From NCBI GenBank assembly GCA_003230015.1, contig QIGO01000221.1, forward strand, positions 2,449 through 66,448: a stretch of DNA of 64,000 bases, given 5' to 3'. A program made the position numbers and the translations under genes. The notes beneath the pieces are model-generated. The model searched no databases, had not been told where the DNA came from, and saw only the letters and a program-made list of their open reading frames with translations. The number at the start of each line of letters is the position of its first letter. The stretch's first letter is position 1. Source of the DNA: Alphaproteobacteria bacterium. GTDB lineage: Bacteria; Pseudomonadota; Alphaproteobacteria; UBA6615. Below, piece after piece: positions 55,844-64,000 of this stretch.

Positions 55844-56491
55844 TTACCCCTTGCTTGCCGGACTGTCCTCATCGTCGCCCGGCACCTCTCTTTTCGACAC
55901 CACTTCGTCGATCAGGCCGAATTCCTTAGCCTCATCGGGTGAATAGAAGCGGTCGCGTTCCATGGCATCGCCGATCTGGTCCAGCGATCTGCCGCAATGC
56001 TTTGCATAGATCCCGTTCAGCCGCTCGCGCACGGCCAGAATTTCCTTGGCATGGATTTCAATATCCGTCGCCTGACCCTGAAATCCCCCTGATGGCTGAT
56101 GTACCATGATTCGCGAATTGGGCAGCGAGTAACGCTTGCCGCTGGCCCCCGCCGCCAGCAGCAACGACCCGGCCGACGCCGCTTGACCGATACACAGCGT
56201 GGCGATATCGGGCCGGATATATTGCATGGTATCGTATATCGACAACCCGGACGTCACCACGCCGCCGGGCGAATTGATATACAGCGATATATCCTTGGTC
56301 GGATTATCCGCTTCGAGAAACAGCAACTGAGCACACACCAGGCTCGACATGCCGTCCTCGATCGTGCCGGTCAGAAAGATAATCCGCTCTTTCAGCAAAC
56401 GTGAGAAAATATCATAGGCACGTTCGCCGCGGTTTGTCTGCTCCACCACCATGGGGACGAGATTCATATATTCCTTAACCGGGTCACCCAT
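55844..56491 (-). CDS. clpP: ATP-dependent Clp protease proteolytic subunit ClpP
   Basis: Catalytic triad context ([16 protein letters not shown]). The true start is probably the internal Met [10 protein letters not shown]. Confidence 0.94.
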   Translation of the reverse strand: MGDPVKEYMNLVPMVVEQTNRGERAYDIFSRLLKERIIFLTGTIEDGMSSLVCAQLLFLEADNPTKDISLYINSPGGVVTSGLSIYDTMQYIRPDIATLCIGQAASAGSLLLAAGASGKRYSLPNSRIMVHQPSGGFQGQATDIEIHAKEILAVRERLNGIYAKHCGRSLDQIGDAMERDRFYSPDEAKEFGLIDEVVSKREVPGDDEDSPASKG

Positions 56492-56543
56492 ACGGTAAGA
56501 TCCTTGCTGGGGTTCGTGTGGTGTTTACAGTCATCACGGGCCG

Positions 56544-57947
56544 TCAGGAGCCGCTCTTCTTCGCCTTGGTCTTGGACGCCTTCTTTTTCGCCGTTTTCTT
56601 CGGCTTATCGGCGTCTGCTTCGCCCTCCTCGTCCATTGGCTTGAGCAGGATTTCGGCGGTGACTTCGGTATCGCTCACCTGGGCCATCTCGACGATGAAG
56701 TCAACGACTTTGTCCTCGAATACAGGCGCCTGCAGCCCGGCCCGGGCCTGCGGATTTGAACGGAAGAAATCGATCACCTTCTGCTCTTCGCCAGGATATT
56801 TCCGCGCCTCCTCCATCATCGCCCGGTTCAACTCCTCCTGCGAAACGCTAATATCGTTTGCCTCACCGATCGCCGAAAGGACAAGGCCTAACCGCACGCG
56901 CCGCCCGGCGATTTTGCGATACTGGGCCTTCAGCTCATCTTCATCTTTTGCGGCATCTTCGGCATCGAGCTGACCCTTTTTCTTAGCTTCCTCGATCTGC
57001 GCCCAAATCGACTCGAACTCAGCCTCGAGCATCCCTTCCGGTGCCTCGAGTTCATGTCCCGCCTCAAGTTTATCGAGCAAATCTCGCTTCAGCTTGCCCC
57101 GCGACGTCTGGGCATATTCCCGGCTCATTTGTTCGCGCACCGCATTCTTCAGCGCGTCAAGCCCTTCCAAACCGGCCGCCTTCGCCAGGTCGTCATCTAC
57201 TTTGGTCTCGACGCGTTCACGCAACTCCTTGAATTCGCAACTGAAAACCACATCCTTACTGGCAAGTTTTTTGACGGTGTAATCCTCGGGAAAGGTGACA
57301 TTCACGTCGAACTTATCGCCGGCCTTATGGCCGATGACTTGCTCCTCGAAGCCCGGGATCAGGCTGTTGGAGCCTAACTCAAGTTCGAAATCCGTCGCTG
57401 CCCCGCCATCGAATGCCTCGCCATTGAGCCGCCCTTCAAAATCGATAACCGCCAGCTCGCCCGATTTGGCCGCCCTCTCATTGGCGACAGGTTCGTAGGC
57501 CTTGTGCGCACTCGCCAGCCGCCCCAGCGCCTTTTCCAGGTCTGCATCCGTCACTTCCGCCTTCAGGCGTTCGAGTTTCAGGCTCGACAGATCCATCACC
57601 GTAATATCGGGCAACAATTCCACCGACAGGTCGTACTCAAGATCCTTGCCGTCATCGAATGACGTAATCTCGATTTTCGGCTGCCCCGCTGGGCGCAAGC
57701 CCCGCTCTTCCAGCAATTTCGCCGAGCTGTCGCGCACCGTGCCTTCGAGCACCTCGGCCATCACCGACGATCCAAAGCGCTGCTTCAGGATCGCCATTGG
57801 GATTTTCCCTGGCCTGAAGCCCGGGATACGGGCCTTCTGTCCGACCTCTGACAAGCGCGTCTGAACCTTCGAATCGATGTCGGCTGCCGCCACCACGATC
57901 TGATAGCCGCGCTTAAGGCCCTCGTTACTCTTTTCGGTGACCTGCAT
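56544..57947 (-). CDS. tig: Trigger factor
   Basis: 467-aa protein with an N-terminal ribosome-binding domain (GFRPGKIPMAILKQRFG), a PPIase domain and an acidic/lysine-rich C-terminal tail. Confidence 0.92.
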   Translation of the reverse strand: MQVTEKSNEGLKRGYQIVVAAADIDSKVQTRLSEVGQKARIPGFRPGKIPMAILKQRFGSSVMAEVLEGTVRDSSAKLLEERGLRPAGQPKIEITSFDDGKDLEYDLSVELLPDITVMDLSSLKLERLKAEVTDADLEKALGRLASAHKAYEPVANERAAKSGELAVIDFEGRLNGEAFDGGAATDFELELGSNSLIPGFEEQVIGHKAGDKFDVNVTFPEDYTVKKLASKDVVFSCEFKELRERVETKVDDDLAKAAGLEGLDALKNAVREQMSREYAQTSRGKLKRDLLDKLEAGHELEAPEGMLEAEFESIWAQIEEAKKKGQLDAEDAAKDEDELKAQYRKIAGRRVRLGLVLSAIGEANDISVSQEELNRAMMEEARKYPGEEQKVIDFFRSNPQARAGLQAPVFEDKVVDFIVEMAQVSDTEVTAEILLKPMDEEGEADADKPKKTAKKKASKTKAKKSGS

Positions 57948-58026
57948 TTTTCAGTCTTCTTTTTCGCCTATGACCAACCCAGCCCAGGATAATCAACCAT
58001 CACCGCGGACCGGTCCGAATCACCGC

Positions 58027-58113
58027 TGGTGCGGGCGAAGGGACTTGAACCCCCACGACCTCACGGCCACCAGGACCTAAACCTGGCGCGTCTACCAATT
58101 CCGCCACGCCCGC
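58027..58113 (-). tRNA. tRNA-Leu (TAG)
   Basis: The reverse complement GCGGGCGTGGCGGAATTGGTAGACGCGCCAGGTTTAGGTCCTGGTGGCCGTGAGGTCGTGGGGGTTCAAGTCCCTTCGCCCGCACCA is an 87-nt class II tRNA with a long variable arm and anticodon loop TTTAGGT. Confidence 0.88.
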
Positions 58114-58231
58114 TCCGGTACTGCCGCCAGCCATTTGCTGGCACGTCGATCGGAAGCGGTTTCCTATACCATCCACGCAATATAGTAAACACGCGCGAAT
58201 ATAAGCCCACAGGCGACATTCCGACACGCCC

Positions 58232-59716
58232 CTAGGATGTTTCAATCAGTTCCGCCAGTCCGCGCAAGGCTGCCGGCAGGCAATCCACCAAATCATCCGC
58301 GATTATCCCCAATCCGAACCTGCTGGCGGCTTCCCCGTGCAGCCAGGTGCCGGCGCCCGCCGCATCGAGCGCCGGCATGCCTTGGGCGATCAATCCGGTA
58401 ATCAGCCCGGCCAGCACGTCGCCGGCCCCCGCTGTCGCCAAACTCGCCGGCGCGTTGTCGTTAATCAGCGCCAGACCACGGGCATCGGCAATCACCGTAT
58501 CGGCCCCTTTCAGTAGGACGACGGCACCGCTCGCGGCCGCCGCGGCGCGCACCCGCGCCAACTTGTCGCGGCCGGGCACGTCGGCGCCCTCCCCCCCGAA
58601 CAACCGGCCAAATTCGCCTTCGTGGGGTGTCAACACACAATTGCCGCGGATCGCCCCGAACAGATCCGGTGCGCAGCCGGCGAAAACCGACAAGGCATCG
58701 GCATCGAGAACACAACTTTTCCCCATTGCCAGTGCTGCCAACACCCGCGACCGCGTCTCGGCGCTCACCCCATTTCCCGGACCCAACAGCAGCCCGGTGA
58801 CCCGCGGGTCGGCCACCAAACGCTCAAAATCGGCCCCATCGGCAACATCGCGAACCATCACACTGGCCACCCCTGCCCGATAGACGGCTGCTGCCTGCGG
58901 CGGACTGGCGAGTGTCACCAGCCCCGCGCCGCCGCGCAAAGCCGCGACCGCCGCCAGCCGGGCGGCTCCGGTGGCACTCTCACCGCCCTGCACGACAGCG
59001 TGACCCCGGGAGTATTTATGGCCTTCCGCACGCGGCCAGGGAAAATTCCGCCCCCAAATCACTGGATCGTTGGCAAAACACTGTGGCCCTATCTCCGTCA
59101 AGACGGACCCCGGTATGCCGATATCCGCGACGCTTACCGCCCCGCACAGGGTCCGCCCCGGCAGCAGAAGATGCCCTGTTTTGCGCCGAAAAAAGGTAAC
59201 CGTCTCCACCGCCGGCGCTGCCACGCCCCATACGGCCCCTGTGTTCCCGTCGACACCGCTGGGGACATCCACCGCCACCACCGGCAGCTTGGCCGCCGCC
59301 AGGGCCTCGACGACGTCACCGGCAAGACCATCGACAGCCCGGCTCAGGCCGGCACCGAATATCGCATCGACAGCCAGCGCCGCACCATCCAGGAGACCTC
59401 GAGACAACGCTTCCACCGGCCCCGCCCAGCCATCGGCGGCCCGCGCTGCGTCCCCCCTCGGCCGGGCCCGGTCTCCCAGCAGGCCAAGCCGGACGGATCG
59501 CCCGGCTTCCGCCAACAGCCGCGCCGCGACAAAGCCGTCGCCGCCATTGTTGCCGGGACCACAGAGAATACAGACCAGATCATCGCCTGAAGTCCTCTTC
59601 AGCACGGCCTCGGCGACCGCCTTGCCGGCGGCCTCCATCAACGCCATCCCCGAAACCCCGGCGGCCACGGCCGCCCCATCGGCGCGGCTCATCTCCGCCA
59701 CCGAAAGCAACGCCAT
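58232..59716 (-). CDS. nnr: Bifunctional NAD(P)H-hydrate repair enzyme Nnr (epimerase + ADP-dependent dehydratase; YjeF N+C)
   Basis: YjeF-N (CGPGNNGGDGFVAARLL) and YjeF-C kinase-like domains. The start was chosen at MALLSVAEM. Confidence 0.85.
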   Translation of the reverse strand: MALLSVAEMSRADGAAVAAGVSGMALMEAAGKAVAEAVLKRTSGDDLVCILCGPGNNGGDGFVAARLLAEAGRSVRLGLLGDRARPRGDAARAADGWAGPVEALSRGLLDGAALAVDAIFGAGLSRAVDGLAGDVVEALAAAKLPVVAVDVPSGVDGNTGAVWGVAAPAVETVTFFRRKTGHLLLPGRTLCGAVSVADIGIPGSVLTEIGPQCFANDPVIWGRNFPWPRAEGHKYSRGHAVVQGGESATGAARLAAVAALRGGAGLVTLASPPQAAAVYRAGVASVMVRDVADGADFERLVADPRVTGLLLGPGNGVSAETRSRVLAALAMGKSCVLDADALSVFAGCAPDLFGAIRGNCVLTPHEGEFGRLFGGEGADVPGRDKLARVRAAAAASGAVVLLKGADTVIADARGLALINDNAPASLATAGAGDVLAGLITGLIAQGMPALDAAGAGTWLHGEAASRFGLGIIADDLVDCLPAALRGLAELIETS

Positions 59717-59796
59717 GCTGCCCGGCATGTGATCTCGATCCATCGACACCCGGATTGATTTTCGCGACACTATTCTAGGACGAAATGCTGGCCCGG

Positions 59797-60453
59797 TCAG
59801 CGCCCAAGTGCGGCGACATTGACCACGCCGCCACGATCCTCGTCACAAGGCGCCAACACATTCTCTATGTCGCGACATAAGCGCAACGGCCAGACCTGCG
59901 TTATCCCCGCCGCCGCAACCGCCCCGGGCCCCGCCGCGGTGACCACCCGATAGACAACCTCGCCGTCTACGGTCGCCGGCACGACCTCCGGGTTAAGCAT
60001 CGGATTCTGTTGCAGGAAGCGCTCTGTATTGACCCAATACGAAAAACTGCCAACAACCACATAGTTGGCATCGCTGACCACCGTCTCGGGCGCCGGCTCG
60101 TCATAGCTGCCCGTGGTCTCCAACGCCGCCACCGGTCCCCAACGCGGCTCGCTCCGCCTCGGCGCCACGGCAGCACCGATTGTGCCGCTCTCGTCCGCCG
60201 CCGGCGCCTCGGCCAACGCCAGCGTCTCAAAACCGTCCCCAACATCATCGCGGCACAATGCAGCCCCTGTGAGCACCCGATGCAGCGCGCAGTCACGCTG
60301 CACCGCCGCCGAAAGTACCTGATCTGTCAAACTCTTGCCGTATGTCACATAACTGATGCCATCGGCGGCATAGGAAGCCACAATCAGCGCCGGCGGCAAA
60401 CCGCAACCGGTTAGCAGTATCAACGGCGCCAATATCCCTATTCGCAGCTTCAT
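59797..60453 (-). CDS. Lipoprotein with C-terminal SPOR (peptidoglycan-binding) domain
   Basis: Signal peptide with lipobox LLTGC, and a C-terminal segment of SPOR-like character (YVVVGSFSYWVNTERFLQQ...GEVVYRVV). Confidence 0.65.
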   Translation of the reverse strand: MKLRIGILAPLILLTGCGLPPALIVASYAADGISYVTYGKSLTDQVLSAAVQRDCALHRVLTGAALCRDDVGDGFETLALAEAPAADESGTIGAAVAPRRSEPRWGPVAALETTGSYDEPAPETVVSDANYVVVGSFSYWVNTERFLQQNPMLNPEVVPATVDGEVVYRVVTAAGPGAVAAAGITQVWPLRLCRDIENVLAPCDEDRGGVVNVAALGR

Positions 60454-60684
60454 GGATACGCGTCCGAGCCCGGATTGTGATGAACCGGCACATGGTTAAC
60501 GCCGGTTACAGGAGACACCACCACTTTAGTGGTATTTCCGCGCACAAGAACCTAGTCAAAAGAGGTACCCACATGGCTCAAAGGGCATATCGCGGTTTTT
60601 CCACGACTAACGACGGCAGAAAAGCGTTCAACGAACCACGCCCGCCCTGTAAGAGTGCCACCCGGACCATCGAGGGAAATCCGG

Positions 60685-61608
60685 ATGTCTCGTTATCTCA
60701 TCACCGGCGGCGGTGGTTTCATCGGCTCGCATTTGGCCGAGGCCATGGTGGCCGCGGGCCATGACATTCGCATCCTCGACGACTTCTCCACCGGCAAGCG
60801 CGAGAACCTGCCGGCGGCAGCCGAACTGCGGGTCGGCAGCATCGCCGACGCTAGGATTGTCGAGACCGCTATGGCCGGCGTCGACGGCTGTTTCCACTTG
60901 GCCGCAATTGCCTCGGTCCAACGGGCCACCGAGGATTGGCCTGGTGCCAGCCAAATCAATCTCACCGGCACCATTAACATATTCGATGCCGCACGCCGCG
61001 CCGCGAACGGCCCCTTGCCCGTGGTCTATGCATCGTCAGCGGCCGTCTACGGCGCCGCAAGCGCCACGCGCATAACCGAGGACCTGCCCAAGCAACCCAC
61101 CAGCGCGTATGGCGCCGACAAATTCGGCTGCGAACAGCACGCGCGCATTGGCGGCCAGATCTTTGGTTTGCCCACTTTCGGCTTACGTTTTTTCAATGTC
61201 TACGGCCCCCGCCAAGACCCCAGCTCGCCCTATTCCGGCGTCATTTCCATTTTCATGGATCGGGTCGCCAGCGGCGCGCCTATCACGATCTACGGCGATG
61301 GCGAGCAGCTGCGCGATTTCATCTACATCAGCGACGTCGTCGCCGCCATCCAGGCTGGCCTGAGCGCCGCCTCCACCGATGCGCCGGTCGCCAATATCTG
61401 TACCGGTGAGCCCACCACCATCAACCACCTGCTCGCGGTTATCGGCGACTGTTTCGGCACCGCGCCTCGGCCCGCCTACGCCCCCCCCCGGCCCGGAGAT
61501 ATCCAGCGCTCCCTGGGCGACAACGCGCTCGCCAAAAGATTGCTTGATTGGCGCCCGCGCGTAAGTTTGGCGGCAGGCCTGCGCAAATACCGCCAAAGCG
61601 GACATTAG
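60685..61608 (+). CDS. NAD-dependent epimerase/dehydratase (UDP-sugar 4-epimerase family SDR)
   Basis: The start at ATG 60685 (MSRYLITGGGGFIGSHL) has a GAGGGAAA ribosome-binding site. Rossmann GxxGxxG motif and the YxxxK catalytic motif (SAYGADK). Confidence 0.88.
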   Translation: MSRYLITGGGGFIGSHLAEAMVAAGHDIRILDDFSTGKRENLPAAAELRVGSIADARIVETAMAGVDGCFHLAAIASVQRATEDWPGASQINLTGTINIFDAARRAANGPLPVVYASSAAVYGAASATRITEDLPKQPTSAYGADKFGCEQHARIGGQIFGLPTFGLRFFNVYGPRQDPSSPYSGVISIFMDRVASGAPITIYGDGEQLRDFIYISDVVAAIQAGLSAASTDAPVANICTGEPTTINHLLAVIGDCFGTAPRPAYAPPRPGDIQRSLGDNALAKRLLDWRPRVSLAAGLRKYRQSGH

Positions 61609-61736
61609 GCGTATATTTCGAGCAATTTTGCCAACATCGCGGGGAGTACGGATTTACTTCTTGCAAGATGTCAACGTGACTTCCCCAGTCATATGATCGG
61701 GCCGCGTTTTTTACCTGACATATGAGACCCCGAAAC

Positions 61737-63677
61737 ATGTGCGGCATAGCAGGCTGGATTTGCGCCAGCGGTCGGGCGCCGGCGCGACAGCGCTTGATCG
61801 CCATGACATCGGCCATCCATCATCGCGGCCCCGACGATGCCGGCCATTTCCACACCCAGACTGCCGACGCCCGTTACGGCATCGCCCTAGGCTTTCGCCG
61901 GCTCTCCATCATCGACATCGCCGGCGGCGCCCAGCCCATGCAAGACCCGTCCGGCAACCACACCATAATCTTCAACGGCGAGATTTATAATTTCCAGGCT
62001 CTCAGGCGCGATCTCCAGGCCGCGGGCCACCAATTCCGCACCCGCTCCGATACCGAGGTCATTCTCCACGCTTATGATGAATATGGCGACGCCTTCGTCG
62101 GCAAGCTACGCGGCATGTTCGCCATCGCCCTCTGGGACCGCCGCCGGCAGCGCCTCATCCTCGCCCGCGATCCATTCGGCAAGAAGCCGCTATTCTTGCA
62201 CCAGAGCGGCCAGAATCTCTTCTTCGCTTCGGAGATAAAGAGCCTCCTGGTCAATCCCGAGATCGCCGCTTCGGTCGATCGGGACGCGGTTTGGCAGTAT
62301 CTCGCCTACCGCTATGTGCCCGGCCCCGCCACCCTGTTCCAGGACATCACGAAACTGCCCCCCGGCACCCTCGCGGTTTGGCAGCGCGGCCGCTTGACCA
62401 CCCAGCGTTATTACACCCCGCCCGACGCCCGCGAAAAACGGCCCCGGCTGCCCGCCGCCACCAGCCCGGTCGATGCTTTTCTGAGTGCACTGGAAGAAGC
62501 CGTCCGCATCCGCATGATCGCCGACGTGCCCGTCGGCGCCTTCCTCTCCGGCGGCATCGACTCGTCCGCCGTGGTCGGTCTCATGAGCCGCCACAGCCCC
62601 CACCCGGTTAAGACTTTCGCCGCCGGTTTCGACGAGTCCCAATATAGCGAGCTTGATCACGCCGCCCTAATCGCCAAACAATTCGGCGCCGATCATCACG
62701 AACACCGCATTCGTCCCGACGACTTGATGGGTGAACTGCCCGGCCTGGTCCAGTTCCGCGACGCCCCCGTCGCCGAGCCCACCGACATTCCCATCTTCAT
62801 GTTGGCCCGCGAGGCCAGCAAGACCGTCACCGTGGTCCTGACCGGAGAGGGTTCTGACGAATTGCTCGGCGGTTATCCCAAACACCTCTACCAGCGCTAC
62901 GCCAAGACCTATCAGACCTTGGTGCCGTCTCTGCTCCATGACCGGCTGGTCATGCCCCTCACCCGGGCCCTTCCCTACCGCCTCCGCCGCGCCAAGACCG
63001 CCATCACCAACCTTGGCCTGCGCGACCCCCGCGATCAGCTTCCGCGCTGGTTCGGCGCCCTGTCCTGGGCCGAACGAGACCGCCTCGCCGCCCTCCCGCC
63101 GCCATCCCGGTCGGCACCGGGGCAAACCCAGTTCCATTTCCCGGCCGGCAACTCGGCCTTGCGCAACATCCTCATGTTCGACCAGTTGAGTTGGCTGCCC
63201 GACAACCTCCTGGAACGCGGCGACCGCATGACTATGGCGGCCTCCATCGAGGCCCGCATGCCCTTCATGGATACCGAACTCGCCGAATTCATTTCCGCCT
63301 TGCCCGACAACCAGCGCATTCGCGGTCGCCAAACCAAATGGATCCTCCGCCAGGCCATGGAGCAAATCTTGCCGCCTTCGACCTTGCAGCGGCCCAAGGT
63401 CGGTTTCCGTGTCCCCGTCAATGAATGGTTCCAGGGCGACCTCGGCGCCTATCTCGTCGATCTCGTCCTCGGCCCCAAATCCTGCACCCGCGACTATTAC
63501 CGGCCTGAAATCCTGCGCCGGCGCATCGATGAACATCGCAGCGCCCGCCAGAACCACGAAAAGCTGTTATGGTCGATCCTCAATCTAGAGCTTTTCCACC
63601 GTCACTGCCTAAACCGGCCCCAGGCCGAATCAGCCCCGGATATCGCGCCTCAGGCCCTCCGCAGCAGCGCCCGGTAG
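61737..63677 (+). CDS. Asparagine synthetase-family glutamine amidotransferase (AsnB/WbpS-like)
   Basis: The N-terminal nucleophile MCGIAGW gives a class II GATase domain. The synthetase domain has the SGGIDSS PP-loop. Confidence 0.88.
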   Translation: MCGIAGWICASGRAPARQRLIAMTSAIHHRGPDDAGHFHTQTADARYGIALGFRRLSIIDIAGGAQPMQDPSGNHTIIFNGEIYNFQALRRDLQAAGHQFRTRSDTEVILHAYDEYGDAFVGKLRGMFAIALWDRRRQRLILARDPFGKKPLFLHQSGQNLFFASEIKSLLVNPEIAASVDRDAVWQYLAYRYVPGPATLFQDITKLPPGTLAVWQRGRLTTQRYYTPPDAREKRPRLPAATSPVDAFLSALEEAVRIRMIADVPVGAFLSGGIDSSAVVGLMSRHSPHPVKTFAAGFDESQYSELDHAALIAKQFGADHHEHRIRPDDLMGELPGLVQFRDAPVAEPTDIPIFMLAREASKTVTVVLTGEGSDELLGGYPKHLYQRYAKTYQTLVPSLLHDRLVMPLTRALPYRLRRAKTAITNLGLRDPRDQLPRWFGALSWAERDRLAALPPPSRSAPGQTQFHFPAGNSALRNILMFDQLSWLPDNLLERGDRMTMAASIEARMPFMDTELAEFISALPDNQRIRGRQTKWILRQAMEQILPPSTLQRPKVGFRVPVNEWFQGDLGAYLVDLVLGPKSCTRDYYRPEILRRRIDEHRSARQNHEKLLWSILNLELFHRHCLNRPQAESAPDIAPQALRSSAR

Positions 63678-64000
63678 ACCCAGTCCACATCCCCCCGCGT
63701 CGGCAGGAACAGGCTCGCCACGCCAATGCCCAGCTCCCGGCGGGCCCAGTAGACCAGCAAACCGAAGCCCACCATATTGGTGATAAAGACCGCCAGCGCC
63801 GCGCCGAAAATACCCATCGCCGGCAGCAGCACCGCCAACAGCCCCGCCAGCACCGCGACCGCGATCATCTCCGCCTTGCCCACCAGTATGGCGCGGTCAT
63901 GGGCCAGGAACCCGGCCGCGAACAGCATCTTCCCGGCCAGCGGAATATTACCCAGGATCAGCAGATTGACGATCCCCGCCGCCGGCAGGAATTCCGCCCC
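63650..64000 (-). CDS. Wzx-like polysaccharide flippase, C-terminal part (5' end lies outside the window)
   Basis: The open frame continues to the window edge and encodes hydrophobic TM segments typical of the C-terminus of the polysaccharide biosynthesis protein family (...GIVNLLILGNIPLAGKMLFAAGFLAHDRAILVG...). It overlaps the asnB-like 3' end convergently by 28 nt. Confidence 0.55.
   Translation of the reverse strand, partial: GAEFLPAAGIVNLLILGNIPLAGKMLFAAGFLAHDRAILVGKAEMIAVAVLAGLLAVLLPAMGIFGAALAVFITNMVGFGLLVYWARRELGIGVASLFLPTRGDVDWVYRALLRRA

Noticed and set aside
60477-60764. 95-aa ORF in the lipoprotein-epimerase divergent region that overlaps the epimerase start in another frame.
   Set aside because: It has no ribosome-binding site or recognisable domain, and it overlaps the well-supported epimerase start with its GAGGGAAA ribosome-binding site. 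It is probably spurious.

Overview
This window reads as a conserved, almost entirely housekeeping chromosomal segment of a high-GC alphaproteobacterium, with Rhodospirillales- or Rhizobiales-like synteny. In order it contains: moeA (3' end), lexA with an alphaproteobacterial SOS box, comEC, gltX and gltA; the lipid A and outer-membrane biogenesis block lpxB-lpxI-lpxA-fabZ-lpxD-skp-bamA-rseP-cdsA-uppS-frr-pyrH-tsf-rpsB; then dnaE, lolD-lolE and proS; a short variable patch holding a secreted hypothetical protein, a decayed AzgA-type purine permease pseudogene and a DUF1467 gene; then mce, rnj, coaX and birA; the complete complex I operon nuoN to nuoA, with nuoM split by a frameshift; an RpiR-family regulator; tRNA-Asp; a small thiol-redox and detoxification cluster (redoxin, DsbA-like protein, GST); a threonine dehydratase-like gene; tRNA-Val; hupB, lon, clpX, clpP and tig; tRNA-Leu; nnr; a SPOR-domain lipoprotein; and the edge of a polysaccharide locus (epimerase, asnB-like amidotransferase, Wzx-like flippase, partial). 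I found no CRISPR array, transposase, integrase, phage gene or recognisable defence or toxin-antitoxin module, and no convincing candidate for a novel multi-gene system. The most unusual signals are structural or regulatory: an AT-rich 18-bp perfect palindrome between rpsB and tsf, tandem 23-24-nt repeats in the rpsB leader, a 13-bp hairpin straddling the lon stop codon, the nuoM frameshift, the permease pseudogene, and the absence of dxr from its usual cdsA-rseP slot. All coordinates follow the supplied ORF track. Near 34.5 kb my manual re-translation of the printed bases did not reproduce the track peptides exactly, so base-level statements there need recomputation.
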